This document shows, in pieces, positions 40,798-48,750 of a DNA stretch of 64,000 nt. Numbering within the stretch: the first letter of the stretch is position 1; every line of letters starts with the position of its first letter. The DNA lies in contig DEMS01000032.1 in the NCBI GenBank assembly GCA_002359315.1, positions 2,438-66,437 of the forward strand, read 5' to 3'. A program made the position numbers and the translations under genes. The notes under the pieces were generated by a model that saw only the letters and a program-made list of their open reading frames with translations, had not been told where the DNA came from and ran no database searches. The DNA is from Bacteroidetes bacterium UBA2664 (lineage in GTDB: Bacteria > Bacteroidota > Rhodothermia > Balneolales > Balneolaceae).

Positions 40798-41301
40798 ATG
40801 AAAGAACGCGTGTTCGCCAAGAACCCTTCCGAGCTACAAATCATCGAAAACCCAAACAAACGACGCAGTAACATGGCAAAACAAAGCAAAATCACTACCG
40901 AGAAGGCGGTCTCTGAATTCAAGCAGCAGGCTATCACCGCCGGATACATTCTTGGTGGGCAGGCTGTAGCAGCGCAGGTTAATGCCCTGGCCGTCCCCAT
41001 GCTGACAGGCAACGCATCTGCTACCATTCAACAAGCAACACGAGCGGGTATTCCACTTACCGCCGGTGTGCTCCTAACCCTTGTGACCAAGAACAAACAT
41101 CTTCGCGGTCTGGCAATGGGTATGGGCGTGCAAGGCGTAATGGAAGCCATCAAATTTATCATGCCCGACTGGACGCCCCAGCAAGGCCTGATGGATGGTT
41201 CCGGGTACGTGTATGACGGGGTCCCTCAGATTCCGGAAACCACCCATCATGTAGATGATGTGGAAACTTCAATGGAAGTGAGTAACACCATCGAAGTATA
41301 A
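40798..41301 (+). CDS. Membrane protein preceding the putative capsid genes
   Basis: Basic N-terminus with KNP/ENP, Gly/Ala-rich hydrophobic helices, GLMDGSGY. Confidence 0.65.
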   Translation: MKERVFAKNPSELQIIENPNKRRSNMAKQSKITTEKAVSEFKQQAITAGYILGGQAVAAQVNALAVPMLTGNASATIQQATRAGIPLTAGVLLTLVTKNKHLRGLAMGMGVQGVMEAIKFIMPDWTPQQGLMDGSGYVYDGVPQIPETTHHVDDVETSMEVSNTIEV

Positions 41302-41391
41302 AAATATCGACTCATAGCTCTGATTGCAGAGGGGGTACTGGTAATACCGAAACGGCTAACAGCCAACTTCTAAACCCTTAAAAACACAGTT

Positions 41392-42003
41392 ATGAGCAAC
41401 AAAATTAGCAAAAAGGCTTTAGTGCCTGCAACCGCACGCATCAAGACCTACTACGACACCAAGCAGGTCGTACAGAACGACAATGTTATCAACTTTTTCC
41501 CGGCCAATGCCACCCGTAAAGTCACCCGTGACAACTACGTGAACAACCCGTTTCCGGGTTCCATGAAGCGCCGAATTTTAGGCTTGTCCTTTGAACTCAC
41601 CAAGCAGTTCATCGAAGACGACGCGGCCAACGGCATCGACGCGCGAGCCATTGTGAACGGCCTCAAAGATGCGGCCATCTTACTTCAGGCCGACAACGAC
41701 AACAAGGAATTCCTCCGCGCCCCAATGAGTGAATTCTCCAATTTTGCTGGCACCGGTATCCAGCTTGCTTCGGCAACGGACAATACCGTGGACGCCGTGG
41801 CTTCTTTCAAGAGAGTAGCCACCATCAAGAGCGCGGGTGAATACCGCTTGGCCGATCCGTTTGATCTGGCTGTAAACCAGACGGTTTCCCTTGCCGTGCA
41901 CTTTGACGACGCTTCGGTTTTCCCTTCGATTGAAAACTGGACGCAATCAGGTCAAGGACAACTTTGGCTCCGGGCTTCTCTGGTAGTCGCAGAAGTTGAG
42001 TAA
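41392..42003 (+). CDS. Putative single jelly-roll major capsid protein
   Basis: Beta-strand pattern YYDT..NFF..N..P..ILGLSF...PFDLAVNQTVSLAVHF...LRASLV; followed by terminator; fold inferred only. Confidence 0.5.
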   Translation: MSNKISKKALVPATARIKTYYDTKQVVQNDNVINFFPANATRKVTRDNYVNNPFPGSMKRRILGLSFELTKQFIEDDAANGIDARAIVNGLKDAAILLQADNDNKEFLRAPMSEFSNFAGTGIQLASATDNTVDAVASFKRVATIKSAGEYRLADPFDLAVNQTVSLAVHFDDASVFPSIENWTQSGQGQLWLRASLVVAEVE

Positions 42004-42012
42004 TCCATCCCG

Positions 42013-42055
42013 TCCCGCCGGTTTCGGTTCGCCGGTTCCGGCGGGATTCTTTTTT
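42013..42055 (+). terminator. Intrinsic terminator after the putative capsid gene
   Basis: TCCCGCCGG...CCGGCGGGA followed by TTCTTTTTT. Confidence 0.75.
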
Positions 42056-42087
42056 CCAATCAACCCTGACTACCTCAAAGCAACGCC

Positions 42088-42864
42088 ATGAAGATTATCT
42101 CCAATTTTTTACCTCCTAAAGAAAGTTCGGCCTACAATCCGGCCAAGTCGGTTGAGGTGCAACCGGGAGCAACGGCTCACCTTACCATGAACGGCATGGG
42201 TGGAGAGCGCTACGGCATCCGAAAGATCCTCCCGTTCAGCGCCAACATGAATGCCATTTTGATCTCGGCCCGCCTGAATGAAGACCTCTACCTGTTTCGC
42301 GATGTGCAGCTATCGGTGGTGCACAACCTGTTCAAATCCATTGACGGGCTTTTTGCGCCCTTCATCATTCAGAAGAACAACCACATCGTTTTTGAACTCA
42401 CCAATACCGGTGCCGCTAAACAGACCGTCAACATTCAGCTTGTCGGTTATGACCAGTTTGCCCTATCTAAACTCAGCGCGGCCTACCAGCAAATTGGAGC
42501 TTCGGTTCCCGTACCCCGGTTTCTGTATGGACATAGCACGGTTCCGGCAAGCGGGCTCAACATTGATCTGGGCGTGAAAAGCAAAAGCGTGGACGTGCAG
42601 GTTCGGCGCATGGCCATGAGCAGCAACCAGCCCGGAACAATTACCGCCTCGATGAAAGTGTACAACACCACGGTTCGCGATGAAGTATTCCTGGAGCAGG
42701 TGAACGATGAGTTCAACGACAAGTACATCAATGTGCCTTTTGTGGTGGGATCGAACGTTCCCTTTGATGTGTACGCTTCCAACTACGGTGCCCAGCCTGC
42801 AGAGGTAAGTTTCCTCTGCGAAAGCTACGTGCAGGCAAAAACCGGATTCATCCCAGCGGAGTAA
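42088..42864 (+). CDS. Putative double jelly-roll-like capsid protein (internal duplication)
   Basis: Two halves end PFIIQKNNHIVFELTN..TVNIQLVGY and PFVVGSNVPFDVYASN..EVSFLCESY. Confidence 0.5.
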   Translation: MKIISNFLPPKESSAYNPAKSVEVQPGATAHLTMNGMGGERYGIRKILPFSANMNAILISARLNEDLYLFRDVQLSVVHNLFKSIDGLFAPFIIQKNNHIVFELTNTGAAKQTVNIQLVGYDQFALSKLSAAYQQIGASVPVPRFLYGHSTVPASGLNIDLGVKSKSVDVQVRRMAMSSNQPGTITASMKVYNTTVRDEVFLEQVNDEFNDKYINVPFVVGSNVPFDVYASNYGAQPAEVSFLCESYVQAKTGFIPAE

Positions 42865-42866
42865 TC

Positions 42867-43280
42867 ATGCTAAACGATCTGATTAAAGTACTCTGCGAGC
42901 TGGCGGCCAACGTGGAAGCATTGGTTAAAAACCTGCAAAAAACTGAAGGCAGCCAGCCCAGTCAGGCCCGGATTGCCTCCTCCATATCCCCGGTGATGAA
43001 ACATGGCGAGCAGCCTGTTCGCCTGGTCAACGAAAACCCGCATCGTTTGGGAGTTATTATTCAAAACAACAGCGAAGGCGAGCTTATGATTGCCCTGGAC
43101 AGCCAGCGGATCTCCGACAAGTACTACACCTTCAAACTGCGAGCGGGTGAAACCCTGCACTTTGACCTACGCCGGTTTGGTGAGCTCTACAAAGGCGGTT
43201 TTATGGGTCTGTGGGATGAGGCGACCAATCCCGGAGCCGAGTCCAAAGCCCTGGTAACCGAAATCTTTTGGACAAGCTAA
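42867..43280 (+). CDS. Putative vertex/penton-like beta protein
   Basis: N-terminal helix then LVNENPHRLGVIIQNNS..LMI...L.AGETL. Confidence 0.45.
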   Translation: MLNDLIKVLCELAANVEALVKNLQKTEGSQPSQARIASSISPVMKHGEQPVRLVNENPHRLGVIIQNNSEGELMIALDSQRISDKYYTFKLRAGETLHFDLRRFGELYKGGFMGLWDEATNPGAESKALVTEIFWTS

Positions 43281-43281
43281 G

Positions 43282-43860
43282 ATGAGCAAGATTAGCGGGC
43301 AGGAATTTGGTCTAAACGAGGTCTTCAAGATGCGGGTGGTCAGCGGAATGCTTGTGGACGGCTCCATTCTGATTTCATGGGCCACCGGGGAACCGGCATC
43401 GAGCCAAATTGACTGGGGCTGGGACGATTCGGTTCCGTTTCAAACTCCGGAAGTACACATCGAGCCGGAGGAGATGGTACGATACCACCAACTCTACCTG
43501 CCTCAAACTCTGGTCGATCAGCGGCATTATTTCCGCGTGCGCTCGCGAACCGAGCACGGAAAATCGGGAATCTCGGACATCTACATGGTGGTCGTTCCTC
43601 CGGATCTGGCCATTAAAAACCGTGGGCGAATGGCCACTGAGATTGAATTGGAACTTGTGCTGGTCAAAACCACCCGCATCGACTGCACGAACTTTCCGGC
43701 TACTTTTTTGTCGGGCTACCGCACCGAACCCATTTCCTCCGATCAGCCTGCCTTGATTGAACATGAAAACACAGAGCCTGCTGCCTTGGATAAAGTCGCC
43801 ACAGTGAATCCGGATACGAACAGCTCGCTGTCCACCAGAATCACCTATACCATTACATAA
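43282..43860 (+). CDS. Fibronectin type III-like domain protein
   Basis: ISWATGEPASSQIDWG...H.L.L..........YFRVRS...G. Confidence 0.65.
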   Translation: MSKISGQEFGLNEVFKMRVVSGMLVDGSILISWATGEPASSQIDWGWDDSVPFQTPEVHIEPEEMVRYHQLYLPQTLVDQRHYFRVRSRTEHGKSGISDIYMVVVPPDLAIKNRGRMATEIELELVLVKTTRIDCTNFPATFLSGYRTEPISSDQPALIEHENTEPAALDKVATVNPDTNSSLSTRITYTIT

Positions 43861-43886
43861 ACCCATATTTGAATAATTAATACTCC

Positions 43887-45290
43887 ATGAAAACCATCAC
43901 AACGGATTTAAACGTCGGAAGAACAGCAAGCGGTCTCGATATGTACTGCGACCTGTCCCTGGAACAGCGGCACCTGTATCGCATGAAATGCGAGAGCTTT
44001 GTTGGAAATCTGCTCAAATGGATGCGCATCCAAATGGGCAAAACCAATCAGGATGAGTACTGGGATGGCTATAACACCCGAAAAAATATCACCAATATTA
44101 TTAGCATCGTCGAGTCCGGTGATGATCTCATCGTTGAAGTGGCAGACTACCACGAATACAACACCGTAGAGCACGACCTGATTACCATTCAGGGCGTCAT
44201 TGGTCTGGAGGGATTAAACGGGGTGTATTACCACGACAACACCAAAGGACAATTTCCGCTTGACCGCCATAGCCGCTACAAGTATTACATTCGCGGTATT
44301 GTGCCACATCTGACCGGGGTGTGGGATGGAAATTCAGGGGTTTCGATTGCGGCCAAATACCGAAACCAGTGGGCGTCCAATGACTATCACTTGCCCCTGA
44401 ACTGGAACCCCATTATCGGGATGAGTGATCAGGTCGTAAAGGCCTCAGATTTGTGCCTGCCGGGGTATTTCAAGCGGGGGTGCACGCAAGGGGCTGTGTC
44501 CATTACCTCTCTTATCACCGACCAGGAAAGCTCCAAGTTTACCCTTTCCCGACCCTTTACGAATATGTCGGGCGCTATCCGGGATATCAAGGAAATTGGG
44601 ATCATGTCTGGGGATTACCGCAGCGCCTATATGCTCATGGCACGAGACGTGCTGGGGGCACCTATTAGCCTTGGAGACACGTCCACCTTGTCGCTGGATT
44701 ACGAAATCATTTCCATGATCGAAAACTTCAATCAGGACACCGATGCTGGCGGCACTAACGGCGGGTGGACAGAGAACTTTATGTACATCCTGCACCGGAT
44801 TGCCAACCCAAGCGCCCAGTACAACTGGGAAAACGAGTTCCACTTTACCGCCGGATTAGGTGGCGGAGGCACCGGCGTAAACTTCAGCTATGACCGCAAT
44901 TTGAACGGCTGGCAATTTGGCGTTCGTATAGGCGAATCCAACAAGTTTGTTTCCATGACTGACCAATCACTGACTCCGGAAAATGCAGAAGTGAACGGTG
45001 TTCCACATGGCTATGGAGACGGTGAACTCGTACATCACGGCACGCATATCGGCGAGCTTGTCGTTGATGACGTAGCCAATGAAGTCTATTTCCCAGTTGA
45101 ACGCATCTTTGAAAATCGGGGTACTACTCCTCTCACAATTCGCGAAATAGGTCTGTTTGGTAACAAAAATAATTCAAATCAGATCTCACCACATCTTCTC
45201 GCACGAAAAGCCTTGGCCCCAGTCGATCAGTTTACTATTGGAGCGGGTGAAACAGCCAAGGTAACTTTCAACTGCAAGGCGATTGTATAA
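43887..45290 (+). CDS. Putative spike/receptor-binding protein with duplicated domain
   Basis: SRPFTN.SG..DIKEIGI..LMARDVL and ERIFEN.G..TIREIGL..LLARKAL repeats. Confidence 0.5.
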   Translation: MKTITTDLNVGRTASGLDMYCDLSLEQRHLYRMKCESFVGNLLKWMRIQMGKTNQDEYWDGYNTRKNITNIISIVESGDDLIVEVADYHEYNTVEHDLITIQGVIGLEGLNGVYYHDNTKGQFPLDRHSRYKYYIRGIVPHLTGVWDGNSGVSIAAKYRNQWASNDYHLPLNWNPIIGMSDQVVKASDLCLPGYFKRGCTQGAVSITSLITDQESSKFTLSRPFTNMSGAIRDIKEIGIMSGDYRSAYMLMARDVLGAPISLGDTSTLSLDYEIISMIENFNQDTDAGGTNGGWTENFMYILHRIANPSAQYNWENEFHFTAGLGGGGTGVNFSYDRNLNGWQFGVRIGESNKFVSMTDQSLTPENAEVNGVPHGYGDGELVHHGTHIGELVVDDVANEVYFPVERIFENRGTTPLTIREIGLFGNKNNSNQISPHLLARKALAPVDQFTIGAGETAKVTFNCKAIV

Positions 45291-45845
45291 GTGAGTAGCG
45301 CCCTGTCCATATCCTCCCAGCTCAGCTACCTTCGGGTGAAGGGCATTATGGGGCACTTCTATGAGGCTTCTCGGGCAAATAATGTGCCGGTTTCCCTGCT
45401 TTTGGCCATCGCCTCCAGGGAAAGTCATATGGGATTGGCGTTGGACAGCAACTGGACGGGCGACAACGGAAACGGCATCGGCATCATGCAAATTGACCGC
45501 CGGTATCACTCGGACTTTACGAGCTCCCATGCCAACAGCGACCACCGCGCCAATATCCACTATGGCAGCAAGTTTCTGGCAGACCTGATCAGAAAGTTTG
45601 GAGGTAAGTTTACCCCAGCTGTGGCCGCATACAATGCCGGATACACTAAAGTTAGGAATACCATCAGTGCTGGCATTGATCCCAATCTGGTTACCACCGG
45701 GCAAAATTACGCCACCGATGTGCTCCGCCGAAAAGAAATCGTGGAATCGGTTATGGGTATTTCCAAAGCGTCCACGGCCAGCATGGTAATTCTGCCACTA
45801 ATCATCACAGGATTTATTTCCTACCAAATCTTTAACACTCAATAA
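45291..45845 (+). CDS. Lytic transglycosylase (SLT/goose-lysozyme-like) with C-terminal TM
   Basis: AIASRES, GIMQID, AAYNAG, NYA.DV. Confidence 0.88.
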   Translation: MSSALSISSQLSYLRVKGIMGHFYEASRANNVPVSLLLAIASRESHMGLALDSNWTGDNGNGIGIMQIDRRYHSDFTSSHANSDHRANIHYGSKFLADLIRKFGGKFTPAVAAYNAGYTKVRNTISAGIDPNLVTTGQNYATDVLRRKEIVESVMGISKASTASMVILPLIITGFISYQIFNTQ

Positions 45846-45851
45846 ACAAAT

Positions 45852-46238
45852 ATGAAATCATCTTCCGGATATATCTACAGCGAGGAAAGCTCCCCCGGTT
45901 TGGGGCGCATGATGCTCGACCCGACGCTACCCACCGAGTTGAATACGGCTATCCAACCGGTCTCTTCAATCGGTACAATTCGACCAACCATACCCATTTC
46001 TCGGGGGCTTTCTCCCAGAATCAGGAAACCGGTTCTGCCAAGGTTGCCCAAGATCAAACCACCCAAAGTGACTCCGGTGGTACGAGATTTGGCCAAAAAA
46101 CCAACAGCAGCTGTCCAACCCGCAACAACTAAAAGCGAGCCGGTGGCCACCCAGAAAAAACCGATGAACAAGAAGATGATCGCACTTGCCGGGGCCGGTA
46201 TTGTTGGAGCCGGAATCCTCTTTAAAATCTTACGCTAA
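45852..46238 (+). CDS. Pro/Lys-rich tail-anchored protein
   Basis: SSGYIY...PGLG; C-terminal TM. Confidence 0.65.
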   Translation: MKSSSGYIYSEESSPGLGRMMLDPTLPTELNTAIQPVSSIGTIRPTIPISRGLSPRIRKPVLPRLPKIKPPKVTPVVRDLAKKPTAAVQPATTKSEPVATQKKPMNKKMIALAGAGIVGAGILFKILR

Positions 46239-46254
46239 CCTAACCTGAAAACCC

Positions 46255-46488
46255 ATGAGTAAATCAAGCTATACCTCTGATAACGGCCTTGGATGTGGCT
46301 GCGGATGCAACGGAGCCGGAATCGGTTCTTCCCCCGTCGTGGACGTTAAAAACGCCGAAGCCGAAAACACCAAAATGGACTTGGTGGATACGGCCAAAAA
46401 GTACATCAATGGCGACGTGCCGATGAAGTACAAAGCCGCTGCCATTGCCCTCGGTGCTGGCTTTTTGTGGCTAAAGTTCAAGAAATAG
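46255..46488 (+). CDS. Small tail-anchored protein with CGCGC
   Basis: SSY..NGLGCGCGC; C-terminal TM plus KFKK. Confidence 0.65.
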   Translation: MSKSSYTSDNGLGCGCGCNGAGIGSSPVVDVKNAEAENTKMDLVDTAKKYINGDVPMKYKAAAIALGAGFLWLKFKK

Positions 46489-46492
46489 TCCT

Positions 46493-47068
46493 ATGAAACG
46501 AGCCGACTACATTGCCCTTATAGAAAGCTATGGGGGCAATTTTTCCTTGTCTGACTTTGAAATCCAGGGGAACATCTCCCAAATGGATATGGATTTTTTG
46601 CGGTCATTTTTAGCTTGGAGAGATTGGACGGGAACCAAAACCCTGATCACGTCTGCTTGGCGAGAAGGTGACGCGAAATCCCACGGCAAAGGTCTGGCCA
46701 TTGACTGTCTTTTGTTTACCGAATGGCTTGCCAAACAGGCAAGTCCGCTTCAGCACTGGCTGTTTGCAACCACCTGGCCTTTTCAAGGAGTGGGGCTGTA
46801 TTTCGACTGGAATTTTACTCATAAGATAAGTGGGGAAAAGTTGCCCGCTATTGGTCTTCATGTGGACGGGTGGAGTGGCAAGCAGATCAACGAGCGGCCA
46901 CTGCGCTGGCTCCGGATTGATGGCCATTACTACTACCAATCGACGAAAACCGGACGGTTTTACTGCCGGGAAAACAAACAAACCATAACGCTTCCAGAAG
47001 CCATTCAGGACTACGAGCAACGCTATGAGCAAATCACCAAAGCCCGAGCATTACCTCAGCAAGTATAA
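46493..47068 (+). CDS. Peptidase M15-like endolysin
   Basis: ITSAWR, H-x6-D (HGKGLAID), GLHVD zinc motifs. Confidence 0.72.
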   Translation: MKRADYIALIESYGGNFSLSDFEIQGNISQMDMDFLRSFLAWRDWTGTKTLITSAWREGDAKSHGKGLAIDCLLFTEWLAKQASPLQHWLFATTWPFQGVGLYFDWNFTHKISGEKLPAIGLHVDGWSGKQINERPLRWLRIDGHYYYQSTKTGRFYCRENKQTITLPEAIQDYEQRYEQITKARALPQQV

Positions 47069-47312
47069 AGAGCTGATCATTACGACCATTATTTGCCTGT
47101 TTTTGACTGGCATTTACGACTCGATAAACAACCAGACCGCTGAAATCAAACGGTGGTATGAGCTGATGATCAACATCCGGGCCGAGCAGAAGATTCAGGG
47201 CGTTGACCTGGAATCATTGAAGCAGTCCATCGAGACCTACCAAAGTAAAACCGACCAGGAACTAACCAATCACGAACAACGCATTCAGTCCCTTGAACGA
47301 GGGAGTGAATAA
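47025..47312 (+). CDS. Single-TM coiled-coil protein (holin-like)
   Basis: N-terminal TM, HEQRIQSLE end; adjacent to endolysin. Confidence 0.5.
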   Translation: MSKSPKPEHYLSKYKELIITTIICLFLTGIYDSINNQTAEIKRWYELMINIRAEQKIQGVDLESLKQSIETYQSKTDQELTNHEQRIQSLERGSE

Positions 47313-47343
47313 GCTTTATTAACCTAATTTAGCCTAATTACCC

Positions 47344-47643
47344 ATGAAAAAACTACTTAGAAACGTCATCAAATCCGTACCAACACTTATCACATTATTC
47401 AGAAAAGAAACTCCGCAGGAAGGAAAAGACATTGCCAAAAGTGGGCTTACAAGTTTGGGAATATCCGGTTTGATTACAACCGGACGAATTAATGCCGGGG
47501 AATTGGATGAGACAGTACTGATTATCCTGGCAATCGTTGAAGCAATTGGATATGTGTATGGAGTGATTGCACTGTTAGTAGGTAGATCTCAAGTTAATTC
47601 AGAAGTAAGTTTTGAAAAACATTTCACTGGGAAGGCAGAATAA
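47344..47643 (+). CDS. Small membrane protein (holin-like)
   Basis: One to two TM segments; last gene of the late operon. Confidence 0.45.
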   Translation: MKKLLRNVIKSVPTLITLFRKETPQEGKDIAKSGLTSLGISGLITTGRINAGELDETVLIILAIVEAIGYVYGVIALLVGRSQVNSEVSFEKHFTGKAE

Positions 47644-47674
47644 CTGTTTTCATTTATGAATCTTGCTACACTGT

Positions 47675-47732
47675 TCATTTAAACATTTGCTTAAATGATG
47701 TATTCACTCTACATTTAAGTAATCACTTAAAT
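47675..47732. promoter_or_regulatory. Twin ArsR-type operators upstream of mer operon
   Basis: TCATTTAA-N8-TTAAATGA (47675-47698) and ATTTAAGT-N4-ACTTAAAT (47713-47732). Confidence 0.65.
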
Positions 47733-47742
47733 AAAAATTCCT

Positions 47743-48123
47743 ATGAGCAAACAATCCTGTATTCGTGATGTAGCCGATCTGAACCAGATCAACCGCTGTA
47801 TTGATTCTATCCATGCGGTAGAATCATCCATCTTAAAACTCTCGGACATACTGAAACTGGCCGGGAATGATGTGCGCCTGAAAATTCTGTTCTTGTTGAG
47901 CACGGAGAAAGATTTATGCCCGTGCGATTTGAGCGATATTTTAGATATGACCGTACCGGCGGTATCACAACACCTGCGAAAATTGAAAGACGCCGGACTT
48001 TTAGATTCAAGAAGAGAGGGAAAGCTCATTTTCTATTCCCTGCAAAAACCTTATGACGATCTTTTGAAACCACTTTTCAACCAAATTGAAAACAATACCA
48101 TTATGGAGGTATTAGCCGCATGA
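47743..48123 (+). CDS. ArsR/SmtB family metal-responsive repressor
   Basis: RLKIL, LCPCDL, AVSQHLRKLK. Confidence 0.92.
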   Translation: MSKQSCIRDVADLNQINRCIDSIHAVESSILKLSDILKLAGNDVRLKILFLLSTEKDLCPCDLSDILDMTVPAVSQHLRKLKDAGLLDSRREGKLIFYSLQKPYDDLLKPLFNQIENNTIMEVLAA

Positions 48124-48746
48124 ACAAGCAACAGAAAAATAATTCTGATACCAAATGGCTGGGTGCGGGACTCGGAGTTGCATTTATCGCCTCCCTTTGC
48201 TGCATCACTCCGGTGCTGGCTATTCTGGCAGGCACAAGTGGTATCGCCTCTACGTTTTCATTCATGGACCCATTTCGACCTTATTTAATTGGGTTGACTG
48301 TTCTTTTACTTGGGTTTGCATGGTACCAAAAACTGAAGCCCTCAAAAGAGATCGACTGTGAATGTGATCCTGAAGAAGCCCGTTTCACCCAGTCTAAATC
48401 GTTTCTTGGCATCGTAACCGTAGTGGCGGCACTTTTGTTGGCTTTTCCAAACTACTCTCATTGGTTTTTCTCTGACGCTCAACCCACTCAAGTACAATAT
48501 GTTTCCGAGGCAGATGTAGAACATGTAACCTTTAATGTGGAGGGCATGACCTGCGCTGGGTGTGAAGCCAGTGTAAAAAATGAGTTGGGTAAACTGGATG
48601 GAATTGTTGAGTCCGAGGTATCCTACGACAGCGGAACGGCTACTATTTCGTATTTGAAAACGAAGCTCACGGAAAAAGAACTTCAGGATGCGATCAATAA
48701 GACCGGATTTACAGCCAACCTTCAACAAGAGCAAGAAAACGAATAA
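48120..48746 (+). CDS. merTP: MerT-MerP(HMA) fusion mercury transporter
   Basis: SLCCITP in TM1, CEC loop, GMTCAGC HMA domain. Confidence 0.85.
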   Translation: MNKQQKNNSDTKWLGAGLGVAFIASLCCITPVLAILAGTSGIASTFSFMDPFRPYLIGLTVLLLGFAWYQKLKPSKEIDCECDPEEARFTQSKSFLGIVTVVAALLLAFPNYSHWFFSDAQPTQVQYVSEADVEHVTFNVEGMTCAGCEASVKNELGKLDGIVESEVSYDSGTATISYLKTKLTEKELQDAINKTGFTANLQQEQENE

Positions 48747-48750
48747 TAGG

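Noticed and set aside
48688-48750. Longer starts given in the ORF track for merA (48688), czcA (59366) and DUF1801 (8480)
   Set aside because: Extensions overlap upstream genes or lack family similarity; downstream ATGs match the family N-termini
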